IMG/VR virus record: IMGVR_UViG_3300025151_000041
Span: 1-56,594 of that record
Origin: a virus
Taxonomy: Duplodnaviria; Caudoviricetes
DNA: 56,594 bases
Direction: 5' to 3' (one strand)
Within the stretch, counting starts at the first letter, position 1. Each line of letters opens with the position of its first letter. This document shows positions 11,401 to 20,708 of this stretch, piece by piece. Under the pieces are notes generated by a model. It worked only from the letters and a program-made list of their open reading frames with translations, was not told the origin of the DNA and did no database searches. The position numbers and the translations under genes are program-made.

Positions 11401-12061
11401 TCTACCAAAAGGTAGACAAGCAACAAGTGCTGACGACTTCATAAAAGAGTTAGCAAGGTTAACAGGTGTTACACCACAAGGTTTTTCTGCACGTTCTATT
11501 GCTGTTATAGAAAATCGTTCAGGTTTAAGAACATCAGGAGTATGGTTAATAGGACAAGCAATAAGAGCAAGGCAACAAAGGGCAATAGACCAAGCATTGG
11601 AAAAAGCTCTGTTTGATAAAGATTTTGCTGCTACAATGACAAAAGAAATGCCAGAAAATGTTCCTATAGGAGCTATTGATGAGCCAACTGCTTCTGATTG
11701 GCGTACAAAAGCATTCTTTGCAGGAATATACGACCCTTCAATAGTTACAGATAAAAAGTATAGAAGAGAAGTAGCCCGTACACCTTATGTTGGTCAACCT
11801 GATACAGATGAGCCAGAAGGTTTTGCTAACCCACCAAGAACACAAAAAGTTGAAATTCCTAAAGGAATGCTACCAAGCAATGCTTTGTTGGATGTAACTC
11901 CAGGAGCAACCTCAACTTACAATATTGGAATAGCTCAACAACCTGTAAATCCACCAAGAGGAAACGTGCAAGTAAATAAATACGAAGCATTATTTCCTAA
12001 CGACCCCCTTGGAAAAGCACTTGCTGAATCAAGAAACAAGGGTATAGGGAGCTTACGTTAA
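8417..12061 (+). CDS. large internal virion protein
   Basis: 1214 aa, Lys/Glu-rich helical; C-terminal YEALFPND; last gene of the virion block. Confidence 0.55.
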   Translation: MAREQKTRKVDVEFGAFIPDDPFANDPVIGDEALGLGKEGITGTADVAIERAGGQAEFGEGALAGFAETVVDVGTGFITGAIDALAYIPDAALNKITEKLAEENIIKGEDVGFWATKDRLSRLLTSGNYEQRRKVGNVILGMGEFVGQSGALGQIAETAGQFATFAIPQTAAVRLIGNALYGGTQASKAALRTSTLKAIKEAKQSALNKATTAAEKRKITKKFADKQTNFNEELKKFKWDKDKKVYVGPEGKIIKDKTLAKAEVTGKVAEELGEKAALGRLKSYGAREVQRAAKDPSKYLRREAKVGAGVGAAYEGLEQISPGLGDTLIIGAGAAIGGKFLFDGIKDIAKRTPSGRIINWADDALTPAVGDDPVTIGSRIKSGYTNVRDRIIKPKEEDLKEARGTVQKFISQEVSEAEARRNLETYKKIDEKLAELGIEPLELTIAEKSLSPRLLDAQASRTRTYTGQEATEQFARFARNQEKIARVEKELGLESGTNVFAFSDKDARGKLDILVKNLQGEVDKVSITSLKELDEIKNIMEGKQISPKILEEAGEQLRGILLTAKQNTEKRLLDDYNFNPNKEPSLKASEIKKAQENFLRYVYKKDKDASISDLISKYTREDDFIKKSEDLKRFVKAAPRNITLPEWITMRQQFKRALNRAFEMKATKNELDELKKVLEIFDETAKRFGTDKKAVSAQRYQQFLKQWDDEITTVYNDAAVQKVLKQRPVSREDKILYKTPEEKAGEVFLQNADTAKEFNRFVDNAVGEEKIELLSLMKDVVLGKTLGKNIWNANTGKIDVNKLRAFINNNENMLKTIKIGDEAGESTGFQLLSDQAKFYDDLVARQQKVQQMASKINQDILVNQVAKLDPKTFDVQTGILGARGVDASADAIIDSAINSAIVTGETGKPNFKLVRALLKKVKELDPKGDNGIKEEFNKIVLNKVAGKKGFANPVEFDGIINRNRPVLKEVLGEKHLEDIIVLNGIHARLQQAATALPKGRQATSADDFIKELARLTGVTPQGFSARSIAVIENRSGLRTSGVWLIGQAIRARQQRAIDQALEKALFDKDFAATMTKEMPENVPIGAIDEPTASDWRTKAFFAGIYDPSIVTDKKYRREVARTPYVGQPDTDEPEGFANPPRTQKVEIPKGMLPSNALLDVTPGATSTYNIGIAQQPVNPPRGNVQVNKYEALFPNDPLGKALAESRNKGIGSLR

Positions 12062-13494
12062 ATAATCCACTGTTTGTAATCTTCGGCTAGTACGTTGCTG
12101 GCTATGTTGATTTTATTGCGTAGGGCTTTGAGTATTTTTTCATCTACTGTTTTTTCTGTTACTATATCTACATACGTTACTTTGTTGGTTTGCCCTATAC
12201 GGTGAGCTCTATCTTCACTTTGCAAGCGTACTTCTAAATCGTAGCCATTACTGTAGTATATCACTGTTTTAGCTTCGGTAAGAGTAAGCCCATACCCACC
12301 TGTTCTTGGTTGCCCTATAAAAAACCTGAGTGGGTTATCAGGGTCTTGGAACTTTTCAACAATGTTCTGGCGTTCTTCGGCTGATGTTTGTCCATAGAAC
12401 AAAGCACACGTTTTTTCTCCGTACTTTTTACTTAACTCTTTGTTTATACTTAACAAATCATGTGTAAAGTTAGCCCAAATAATAACCTTGCTTTCTGTTT
12501 CTTCGATTGCCGACAACAATTCTGGCATTTTGTTAGTGGGTACTTGCTTTACCGTACCGTCGTCCATATTTGCAAATCCACTACATACTTGTTGTAGGCG
12601 TAGTATTTGTGTAAGAACAGTATTTGCACTTACCATACTGCCTTCGATAATAGCCAAAGCAGAACTTTTGAGTGTTGCATAGGCAACTTCTTGTTCTTTC
12701 GTTAGCTCTACTGTTCTGCGTGTGTACACTTTGTCGGGCAAGTCTAAACAATCTTCTTTGCGTACTCGGAAACTAAATGGTTCTATGATTGCATTGAGTT
12801 CGTTTAGGTTTTGATACCCAACAATTTGATTAAATGTATGTGTGCCGACGTTCCTACGCAAAACTTTTGCATACCTATTCTGAAACGCCCAATAACTAGA
12901 TTGTCGTAGGCTTTCTTCTTTTAAAAACTCGCACTGCGTAAACAAATCAAGTGGTGATTTTGTTATTGGTGAACCTGTAAGTATCCTTCTAAAAACTGCC
13001 TCTTTACCTAGCTTTATAAGGTTTTTTGTACGAGCAGCAGATTTAGTTTTGATTGTTGTGCTTTCATCTATTGCCAACAAACATTCTTTTGAATACACAA
13101 ATTTTTGTGCAAATTCATAGCCTCGTTTTGTGCTTAACGCTTCTACGTTCATCAAAAATATTTTTAAATCTTCGTTGTCTGCAAACAGGGTTGCCAGTTC
13201 TGTTTCTTTTTTCTTTGTTTTTTCTGGTGACCACGCAACGACCGTGTAGTCAACATGATCTGGTATATGGGTTGGTATTTCTTTTTTCAACCAGTTTCTA
13301 TACACACTTTTTGGTGCAACTATCATTGCTGTGCATATTTCACCTTTGTCGTAAAGTATTGACATTGTATCTATCAATACTTTTGATTTACCAGTACCCA
13401 TATCCATAAACAAAGCAAAGTATTCTTTATTCCAGGACTTTTTGAGAGCGTCGAGTTGATGCTCATATGGTTGTAGTTTAAATTTATATCTCAC
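12058..13494 (-). CDS. SNF2-like superfamily 2 helicase
   Basis: MDMGTGKS (motif I), IDES (II), LTGSP (III), QSEDRAHRIGQ (VI). Confidence 0.92.
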   Translation of the reverse strand: MRYKFKLQPYEHQLDALKKSWNKEYFALFMDMGTGKSKVLIDTMSILYDKGEICTAMIVAPKSVYRNWLKKEIPTHIPDHVDYTVVAWSPEKTKKKETELATLFADNEDLKIFLMNVEALSTKRGYEFAQKFVYSKECLLAIDESTTIKTKSAARTKNLIKLGKEAVFRRILTGSPITKSPLDLFTQCEFLKEESLRQSSYWAFQNRYAKVLRRNVGTHTFNQIVGYQNLNELNAIIEPFSFRVRKEDCLDLPDKVYTRRTVELTKEQEVAYATLKSSALAIIEGSMVSANTVLTQILRLQQVCSGFANMDDGTVKQVPTNKMPELLSAIEETESKVIIWANFTHDLLSINKELSKKYGEKTCALFYGQTSAEERQNIVEKFQDPDNPLRFFIGQPRTGGYGLTLTEAKTVIYYSNGYDLEVRLQSEDRAHRIGQTNKVTYVDIVTEKTVDEKILKALRNKINIASNVLAEDYKQWII

Positions 13495-13580
13495 GTTGCC
13501 CTCTTTCTGATAGGGTTTGTATTGCTTAAACTTAACAAATATTGTAATATAAAACTATACTTTTTTTATCTTTTCTTAAC

Positions 13581-13735
13581 TTTACTATATAGATGTTATA
13601 GTGGAGGTTTTAAGGTGAAAAAGTTTTACAGTTTTATAATATACAATATACAATATATTTTCCGCTGATGGGGACTCAAAAGTTAGTAAAAAAATAAAAG
13701 CTGATTTCCCCACTAGCACATCTATATAGAAAACT
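13581..13735. repeat. inverted-repeat-bounded non-coding element, copy 1
   Basis: Left arm ctatatagatgttatagtgg (13585), right arm ccactagcacatctatatag (13710-13729); homologous to 36190-36359. Confidence 0.85.
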
Positions 13736-13749
13736 AGAAAGGTAGTCGT

Positions 13750-13968
13750 ATGGAAGAACCAAAATGTAATATTTGTAAGGATTTAAAGTACGTTTGTATG
13801 CTAGATGTAAATGATGCTCCACGAGCCTCTACGGTATGTCGGTGTTACAAGTGCAATGTACCAAGAGAAGATGCTGAAACTGGAAAAACAGCAGATTCTA
13901 TTGTTTTTCGAGGGAACAAAAAACAGGTGTACGAAAAGTTCTATGAACTAACAACAGACAAAAATTAA
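13750..13968 (+). CDS. small Cys-rich (Zn-binding) protein
   Basis: CxxC...CxCxxC; AGAAAGG leader. Confidence 0.55.
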   Translation: MEEPKCNICKDLKYVCMLDVNDAPRASTVCRCYKCNVPREDAETGKTADSIVFRGNKKQVYEKFYELTTDKN

Positions 13969-14027
13969 CTTTGCTTATGCTTTTTAGTATGGCATTGTAT
14001 ATAACTTATTAGCATGGGGAGAAAGCC

Positions 14028-14357
14028 ATGACGGTTTTTATAATTCAAGAAATGCGAGGTCGTGATGTTTCAGATGCCTCTGAGTTTGGCGACCTTGAAA
14101 TATTATTACCAGCCAAGGAACAGGCAAGTTTTAGTACTCAGCCTACGATAAGGCGTATGGTAAGAAGTTTGTCGAAGTTTTCCGACGACGATTATTTATT
14201 ATTAGCAGGTGATCCTGCTGGGATTGCTATTGCAGGTGCTCTCGCCGCACAGAATAACAGAGGTTATTTTAAAATGCTAAAGTGGGATAGGCTCGATCAA
14301 AAGTATTATCCACTCGAAGTAAATTTAAATCAAAAGTTAGGAGGTAAAAGTGAGTAG
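14028..14357 (+). CDS. hypothetical protein
   Basis: 109 aa, GGGGAG RBS, DDDYLLLAGDP. Confidence 0.6.
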   Translation: MTVFIIQEMRGRDVSDASEFGDLEILLPAKEQASFSTQPTIRRMVRSLSKFSDDDYLLLAGDPAGIAIAGALAAQNNRGYFKMLKWDRLDQKYYPLEVNLNQKLGGKSE

Positions 14358-14901
14358 TTTTGAAAATGTTGCCGAAGAACTTTCAACTGTTACAGAGCAA
14401 GGCATAAGCAGAGTTAGTAAACTTGCTAATATACAGTTAACATTAGAGCAACGCATAAAAGATTTAGAAGATGAGCTAAAGCGAATAAAGCGTGAACACC
14501 GTGAAATAGCTGAAGACCAACTTCCTGCGGCTATGTTAGAACATAACATTCGTGAGTTCACATTAGAAGACAATAGTAAAATTGCCGTAAAAACATTTTA
14601 CAGTGCAACCATACCTAAAGATAAACAAGACGAGTGTTTTGATTGGTTAAACAAAAACGGCTTTGGTGACTTAATTAAAAACCAAGTTACAGTGAATTTT
14701 GTAAGAGGTCAAGAACGTGATGCTAACGACCTGTTACATGATTTAGAGGGTCGAGGAATGTCGCCCTCTAATAAAAAGTGGGTAGAGCCAATGACGCTAA
14801 AAGCGTTCTACCGTACCGAGTCAGAAAAAGGTAATCTTTTGCCTGACGATAAATTTAGTCTTTTTATTGGCGAAAAGGCTACCATAACCAAAAAGAGGTG
14901 A
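14350..14901 (+). CDS. conserved replication-module protein (N-terminal coiled coil)
   Basis: AGGAGG RBS; FDWL..NG.GDLIKN and V.PMTLKAF motifs; precedes the SSB-like gene. Confidence 0.6.
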   Translation: MSSFENVAEELSTVTEQGISRVSKLANIQLTLEQRIKDLEDELKRIKREHREIAEDQLPAAMLEHNIREFTLEDNSKIAVKTFYSATIPKDKQDECFDWLNKNGFGDLIKNQVTVNFVRGQERDANDLLHDLEGRGMSPSNKKWVEPMTLKAFYRTESEKGNLLPDDKFSLFIGEKATITKKR

Positions 14902-14904
14902 TGT

Positions 14905-15708
14905 ATGGCTACCAAAGATGTAACCAAAGTCTCTGAGACTCAAAATCAGATCGCCCTTGCTACTTCTTTTGAAGATTTTCAAGGTGCAGGGTTTAGTGAA
15001 ACCCAAACTGACGATTACCAAATACCTTTTCTTCGTATACTTGCTCAGTTAAGTCCGCAGGTAAACAAAAGAGAAGGTGCATACGTAGAAGGTGCAGAAG
15101 CAGGTATGCTTTATAATACTGTGCTAAATAAAGTGTATGATGGTGAAAAAGGTTTGGAGTGTATACCTTGTCACTATAACCGACGTTTTGTTGAATGGGT
15201 TGCCCGTGAAAACGGTGGTGGGTATGTTGCAAGTTATGATCCAACAGACCCGATTGTAAAAACAACCACCAAAAATGATCGTGGGCAGGATATTTTGCCT
15301 AATGGTAACACATTGACAAATACAGCTCAGTTCTTTGTTATGTTGCTCGACCCAGACGAAGGGTATACAAAAGCAATCATTACAATGAGCAGTACTCAGT
15401 TAAAGAAAGCAAGGCGTTGGAATACGCAAATGCAATCTTTAAAAGAGCGTGGCAAAAATGGTTTGTTTATTTTGCCTATGATGTCTCACATTTGGAAACT
15501 AACCACTGTTCCCGAAAGTAACGATAAAGGCTCTTGGTTTGGTTGGAATCACAGTATGGTTCGTAGGCTTGATTTATCCAACGAAGACGACCAATCGCTT
15601 TTTGAAGAAGGAGTTTCTTTCAGTAAAAGTGTGTTAGCAGGTGAGGTAGAAGGTAAAGATGATGGTGGCGAAAGCACTGTTGTTGAAGATGATACTTCTG
15701 TAATGTAG
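14905..15708 (+). CDS. putative ssDNA-binding / annealing protein
   Basis: IPFLRILAQLSPQV, NDKGSWFGW, acidic C-terminal tail; upstream of primase. Confidence 0.55.
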   Translation: MATKDVTKVSETQNQIALATSFEDFQGAGFSETQTDDYQIPFLRILAQLSPQVNKREGAYVEGAEAGMLYNTVLNKVYDGEKGLECIPCHYNRRFVEWVARENGGGYVASYDPTDPIVKTTTKNDRGQDILPNGNTLTNTAQFFVMLLDPDEGYTKAIITMSSTQLKKARRWNTQMQSLKERGKNGLFILPMMSHIWKLTTVPESNDKGSWFGWNHSMVRRLDLSNEDDQSLFEEGVSFSKSVLAGEVEGKDDGGESTVVEDDTSVM

Positions 15709-15713
15709 GTGTT

Positions 15714-15744
15714 TGGGGTAGGGGAAACTCTACCCCATTTCTTT
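15714..15744 (+). terminator. intrinsic terminator-like hairpin
   Basis: tggggtaggg-gaaa-ctctacccca followed by tttcttt. Confidence 0.7.
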
Positions 15745-15755
15745 AGGGGGGCTTT

Positions 15756-17300
15756 ATGGAAAGTTTAGCCAAAGAATTTTTTGACCTTTTCGAAGGTAGC
15801 GATATTGCTCATGGTACTTTTCAAGTAAATGGTGCGGATAGAGCAGACGGTAAAAAACAAGGACAAGCAAAAGTTTTAAGAGAGCCACCAACGGTAGAGC
15901 TCTGGCAACAACATCTAGAGGGTAAAATAGGATTAGGTATTATCCCTATAAACAGTGAAAATAACTGTAAGTGGGGTGCGATAGATGTTGACAGTTACAC
16001 AGTTAACCACAAAGATTTAATTTTAAAGCTAAAGAAAAATAAAATCCCAGCAGTGGTAGGCAGGAGTAAATCGGGCGGAGCTCACATTTGGGTGTTTGTA
16101 AGTGAGTTTATACCTGCAAGCGAGATGCAAAGCAGTATGGCTGACCTTGCATCTTCGTTAGGGTATGCAGACAGTGAAATATTCCCGAAGCAAACTGCAA
16201 TCCTGGTAAATAGAGGAGACACAGGAAACTTTTTAAATATGCCTTATCAAAGTGGTGAGCGTACAGTTCGCTATGCTTTTGATAACGAGGGTGAAACACT
16301 ATCAACAAGTGAGTTTATTGAGTTTGCTAAGTTGTGTCAGATTACACCAAGTAAGTTTTATAAACTTGATTTCCAGTTTCTAAAAAGTAAAAAGGTAAAA
16401 TTAGAAGAAGGACCACCGTGTTTAGAACATTTATGTAATCAAGGTTTTGCAGAGGGCAGTAGAAACAACGCACTGTTTAACTTGGGTGTTTATGCAAGAA
16501 TGTACAACAGTGATGGTTGGGAAATTCTTGTACAGAAATACAACACAGATTTTTTGTCGCCTCCACTTAGCCATTCCGAAGTAGGGGCAGTGATAAAGCA
16601 GTTAAACAAAAAAGATTATTTTTATAAATGTGAAGACCAACCAATAAAACCATTCTGTAATAAAGAAGTATGTAAACTTCGTAAATATGGTGTTGGCAGT
16701 GGAGGTCTTTCAAGCGAGCTAAGTAGTCTTACAAAGATAGATGGCGACCCACCAATATGGATATTAAACGTAGATGAGCTCCGTGTTGAACTTTCAACAC
16801 AGGGGTTAATTAGTCAACAGCAATTTCAAAAAGATTGTGTGTCACAAATAAATAAATTCCCTGTTACGGTAAACCAAAGAGCGTGGCAAACAAGAATACA
16901 AACATTGTTAGATAACCTTACCATTGTTGAAGTACCACCAGATGCTACGTTGTCGGGTGAGTTTGAAGATTTGTTGAATAGTTTTTGTACAGAAAGAGCA
17001 AAGGGCGTAGAAAAAGAAGACATATTACAAGGTATATCTGTTTGGTATCAAGATCGTGTTTATTTTCAGGTAAAAGATTTGAAGAAACATTTATCCGCCA
17101 ACGACTTTACTCACTATACTTCTAACAAAATAACTTTAAAATTACAGGATATCGAAGCTGAAAAAACATTTTGGAGAGTAAAAGGGAAAGGGGTTCATGT
17201 GTGGAGTTTACCGACAAATTTCTTTAACGACGAAGAAATCGTAGAAGAAGATATACCGTTTGATTTACCACCGCTAAGTGGGGATAAGGAAATTCTTTAG
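15756..17300 (+). CDS. AEP-type primase with PriCT-like domain
   Basis: WGAIDVD, RSKSGGAH, GNFLNMPY, EGSRNNALFNLG. Confidence 0.8.
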   Translation: MESLAKEFFDLFEGSDIAHGTFQVNGADRADGKKQGQAKVLREPPTVELWQQHLEGKIGLGIIPINSENNCKWGAIDVDSYTVNHKDLILKLKKNKIPAVVGRSKSGGAHIWVFVSEFIPASEMQSSMADLASSLGYADSEIFPKQTAILVNRGDTGNFLNMPYQSGERTVRYAFDNEGETLSTSEFIEFAKLCQITPSKFYKLDFQFLKSKKVKLEEGPPCLEHLCNQGFAEGSRNNALFNLGVYARMYNSDGWEILVQKYNTDFLSPPLSHSEVGAVIKQLNKKDYFYKCEDQPIKPFCNKEVCKLRKYGVGSGGLSSELSSLTKIDGDPPIWILNVDELRVELSTQGLISQQQFQKDCVSQINKFPVTVNQRAWQTRIQTLLDNLTIVEVPPDATLSGEFEDLLNSFCTERAKGVEKEDILQGISVWYQDRVYFQVKDLKKHLSANDFTHYTSNKITLKLQDIEAEKTFWRVKGKGVHVWSLPTNFFNDEEIVEEDIPFDLPPLSGDKEIL

Positions 17301-18814
17301 TGAACATTTTACTTGGACCACCAGGAACAGGTAAAACGGAAACAAGTATACGCACAGTAGAAAAGTTTTTGTCGCAAGGTGTTCCCCCCGATAGAATTGG
17401 TTATTTTGCTTTCACACGCAGGGCAAACATAGAAGCCAAGCATAGGGCAATGGAGCGTTTTAATCTAAGTTCAGAAGATCTACCGTACTTTCGCACACTA
17501 CATTCCTTAGCATACTCTTCTATGGGTATCACTCGAAGCCAAATTATGACTCGTAAGCACTACGAAACAGTCAGCGAATGGCTAAAGATAGGAAGTTTTT
17601 TTGCTAGAGAAAGTGATCATGGACCATTTAAAGATATAGGCTACGGTGATAAGTATTTAGAGTTAATAAATATATCTCGTATTACTCGCACTCCGTTGAG
17701 ACAAATTTATAACGCAAGCAGAGTAAGATACAAAGCTGACTGGCGTGTTTTAGAATATGTAGATAGAGGTTTAAAACACTACAAAGAAACATACGGTCTT
17801 CATGATTACGCCGATATGTTGATACATTTTGTAAAGGCTGACCTAGCTCCACGTTTAGAGGTTGTTATCATAGACGAGGCACAAGACTTATCAGCAATAC
17901 AGTGGGAAATGGTAAAACTTCTAGCTCAAAAAGCAAATCATGTTTATATCGCAGGTGATGATGATCAAGCCATTTACCGTTGGGCAGGGGCAGATATAGA
18001 AAAGTTTCTTGGTTTGCAGGGTGATATACAGGTGCTTTCTCAAAGTTATCGTATCCCAGCTAAACATCACACTATGAGTCAAAAACTTATACAAAGAGTT
18101 ATTCACCGACACCCGAAACAATTTAGCCCAAGAGATGAAGAAGGCTATGTTCAATGGCATAGGCATAGCGAAGCGGTAAACATGGATGAAGGTAATTGGC
18201 TCTTGCTTTCTCGCACCACACGGGGAGCAAACCAATTAGAGGAAGAGGTAAGGCAAAGAGGAATACTGTATCGTTATGATGCAAGCCGAAGTTCAGACAG
18301 TAAAGTTTTACAGGCAGTTGTTTTGTGGGAAAAATTACGAGATGGTAAGCGATTGCATTTGGATGAGGTAAAACGTGTGTATGAACAAATGATTTTACAT
18401 AAGCAAGTTGGTTATGGATTTAAAAGTATGGTAGGTGTAGATGATGATTCATTTTTTAGTTTAGAAGATTTACAAAAAGATCATGGGTTACTAACCTCTG
18501 CTCCTTGGGATTTAGCACTTGGTAAAATATCAGAACGAGATAAACGGTACATAAGTTCTTGTTTGCGTAAGGGTGAGGTTTTAACAGCAGATCCACGCAT
18601 TACAATTTCTACGATACATAGAGCAAAGGGAGCTCAAGCAGACAATGTGTTGTTATTGACAGATACAACAGGGCGTTCTAACAGTCAGTGGCGGTATTCA
18701 GAAACAGAAAAAGAAGATGAAGCAAGAGTATTTTATGTAGGATTAACACGTTCCAAACATTCTTTACATCTTGTTCACCCTATGTTTTCGGGAGGTTATA
18801 ATGTTCCTAGGTGA
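17300..18814 (+). CDS. UvrD/Rep superfamily 1 helicase
   Basis: GPPGTGKT, IIDEAQD, AGDDDQAIY, STIHRAKG, FYVGLTR. Confidence 0.92.
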   Translation: MNILLGPPGTGKTETSIRTVEKFLSQGVPPDRIGYFAFTRRANIEAKHRAMERFNLSSEDLPYFRTLHSLAYSSMGITRSQIMTRKHYETVSEWLKIGSFFARESDHGPFKDIGYGDKYLELINISRITRTPLRQIYNASRVRYKADWRVLEYVDRGLKHYKETYGLHDYADMLIHFVKADLAPRLEVVIIDEAQDLSAIQWEMVKLLAQKANHVYIAGDDDQAIYRWAGADIEKFLGLQGDIQVLSQSYRIPAKHHTMSQKLIQRVIHRHPKQFSPRDEEGYVQWHRHSEAVNMDEGNWLLLSRTTRGANQLEEEVRQRGILYRYDASRSSDSKVLQAVVLWEKLRDGKRLHLDEVKRVYEQMILHKQVGYGFKSMVGVDDDSFFSLEDLQKDHGLLTSAPWDLALGKISERDKRYISSCLRKGEVLTADPRITISTIHRAKGAQADNVLLLTDTTGRSNSQWRYSETEKEDEARVFYVGLTRSKHSLHLVHPMFSGGYNVPR

Positions 18815-18881
18815 GCAAATACATAAACTCTTTTTTAAAACTTGTTGTATAATATAAATGTGTATTTAAAAGGAGTAGTTT

Positions 18882-19187
18882 ATGCACAAAATACGTTACT
18901 TTACAAAAGATGCATTGGTGTCTGCCGCTAAACAAGCAGAAACTAATGATGTTAACCGCCAAATTGATGTAAAGCGTTTAGAAAAAATAGTTGAGTCGGG
19001 TGTGTTATACCCAATCACATTTGCCCTCGTTCACAATGACGTAGAAATGCGTTGTCGTGTGGTTTTAAATGAGCAAGGCGAAAGTGCTTTTTTAGACATA
19101 CCTATTGAAGTTTGGCAAAATTTACCTTTACAGGAAGTGTGGGAGCCTCAACCTCTTGAAGTTGAGTCAGCACCGCCTGTAAGCTAA
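18882..19187 (+). CDS. hypothetical protein
   Basis: 101 aa; AAGGAG RBS; TATAAT upstream. Confidence 0.6.
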   Translation: MHKIRYFTKDALVSAAKQAETNDVNRQIDVKRLEKIVESGVLYPITFALVHNDVEMRCRVVLNEQGESAFLDIPIEVWQNLPLQEVWEPQPLEVESAPPVS

Positions 19188-19210
19188 CCGCTATAGAAGG
19201 AGAAAGTTTT

Positions 19211-20233
19211 ATGGCACACGCAGTAGAAACTATGGCTTATGCAGGACAAGTCCCTTGGCATGGGCTAGGAAAAAAAGTTAGTACCGATATGACCCCCGAC
19301 CAAATGGCAGATGAAGCAGGGTTAAATTGGACAGTTACAAAACGCAGAGCTTACACCGCAACGGAAAATGCTCCAAACATTTTTAAACCTGACCTCGATT
19401 CACTAGTTATGGTTCCTGACCATTACTTTTTGATGCGAGACGATAACAATAGTGTTTTATCACATTGCGGTGAAAACTATGTACCGTTTCAAAACAAAGA
19501 GGTTATGTCGTTCTTTAAAAAGTTTACTGAAGCTGGTGATATGCAAATGGAAACAGCAGGTAGTTTAAAGGAAGGCAGAGAAATTTGGGGTTTGGCTAAG
19601 TTGCGAGATGGTTTTACTCTTCCAGGAGGCGACGAAATAGAAGGTTACTTACTATTAAATAATAGCCACAAAGCAGGAAAAGCCTTGAGCATTATGTTTA
19701 CTCCTATAAGAGTTGTATGCAACAACACACTTACTCTTGCGTTGAACCAATCAGGGCAGAAATTTAGAGTGTTGCACTTACAAATGTTCGACGAAGAAAT
19801 TATGAACGCCGCAGAGGAAGCACTTGGTTTGAGCGACAAACAAATGAAAACCTTTACTGAGCAAGCTAATTTCTTGAGCAGTAAAAAAGCAACAGACATA
19901 CAGGTTACTAATTATGTTGCTGAGTTGTTTCAACCTAACATACTGTTGGAACGTGGCAAAGCAACGCACCAAGATAACTTACCGCCGTTGCGTGATGAAC
20001 TAAAGCACTCAGCTAATAGTGTTCTTGAAGCAATCGAAACAAGTCCTGGAGCTGGATTACAGTCGGCAAGAGGTACATGGTGGGGAGCATTAAACGGTGT
20101 GACATACGTTGTTGATCACCAAGGAAGAGGTAACTCTCGTGACAATACATTGCACTCCGCTTGGTTTGGCTCTGGTGCTAGTCGTAAGACAAAGGCATTG
20201 CAAAAAGCAGTTGAATACGCAAGAGCTGCTTGA
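19211..20233 (+). CDS. DUF932 / TIGR03299 phage-plasmid family protein
   Basis: PWHGLG, ETAGSL..GR, NSH, TPIRVVCNNTL, GTWWGALNGVT. Confidence 0.85.
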   Translation: MAHAVETMAYAGQVPWHGLGKKVSTDMTPDQMADEAGLNWTVTKRRAYTATENAPNIFKPDLDSLVMVPDHYFLMRDDNNSVLSHCGENYVPFQNKEVMSFFKKFTEAGDMQMETAGSLKEGREIWGLAKLRDGFTLPGGDEIEGYLLLNNSHKAGKALSIMFTPIRVVCNNTLTLALNQSGQKFRVLHLQMFDEEIMNAAEEALGLSDKQMKTFTEQANFLSSKKATDIQVTNYVAELFQPNILLERGKATHQDNLPPLRDELKHSANSVLEAIETSPGAGLQSARGTWWGALNGVTYVVDHQGRGNSRDNTLHSAWFGSGASRKTKALQKAVEYARAA

Positions 20234-20237
20234 ATAA

Positions 20238-20268
20238 TGTGGGGAGTTTCGACTCCCCACAATCTTTT
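20238..20268 (+). terminator. intrinsic terminator with UUCG tetraloop
   Basis: tgtggggagt-ttcg-actccccaca followed by atctttt. Confidence 0.8.
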
Positions 20269-20345
20269 ATATAGATAAAATAAAAGTATGTTTTGAGCCA
20301 CAAATGTTTTATAATAAAAAAACTAAATGGTTATAGAAAGGAATC

Positions 20346-20708
20346 ATGGTTATGGCAGTAGTACAGATACATTGGTACACTCGTATCAAACCACTTGTAG
20401 ATAAACCTCCAATTCGTGAGGGAACAATTCGTTATAGAAATATGTTTGTTGTCATTCGTAGCCAAACAGTACGAGAGGCTTTGCACAGGCTCAAACAATT
20501 AGAGCCAAAAGGCAGTATGAAAGACATACACTTAGCCGTAAAAAAAGAAGCGGTAGAACTTATGTATCCTGAGGACATGGCAGAAGAGCAATACGCAAGT
20601 ATTGATGAATCTATACGCATGAGTTTAGAAGGGTTGGAAAGTGTAGAGTCTAGAACACAAAAGCTAACAACGTATATGAAGGAGTTTAATGATGACAAAC
20701 CTTCCTGA
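20346..20708 (+). CDS. hypothetical protein heading the DNA-modification operon
   Basis: 120 aa; TATAAT and AGAAAGG leader; overlaps the next gene. Confidence 0.55.
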   Translation: MVMAVVQIHWYTRIKPLVDKPPIREGTIRYRNMFVVIRSQTVREALHRLKQLEPKGSMKDIHLAVKKEAVELMYPEDMAEEQYASIDESIRMSLEGLESVESRTQKLTTYMKEFNDDKPS

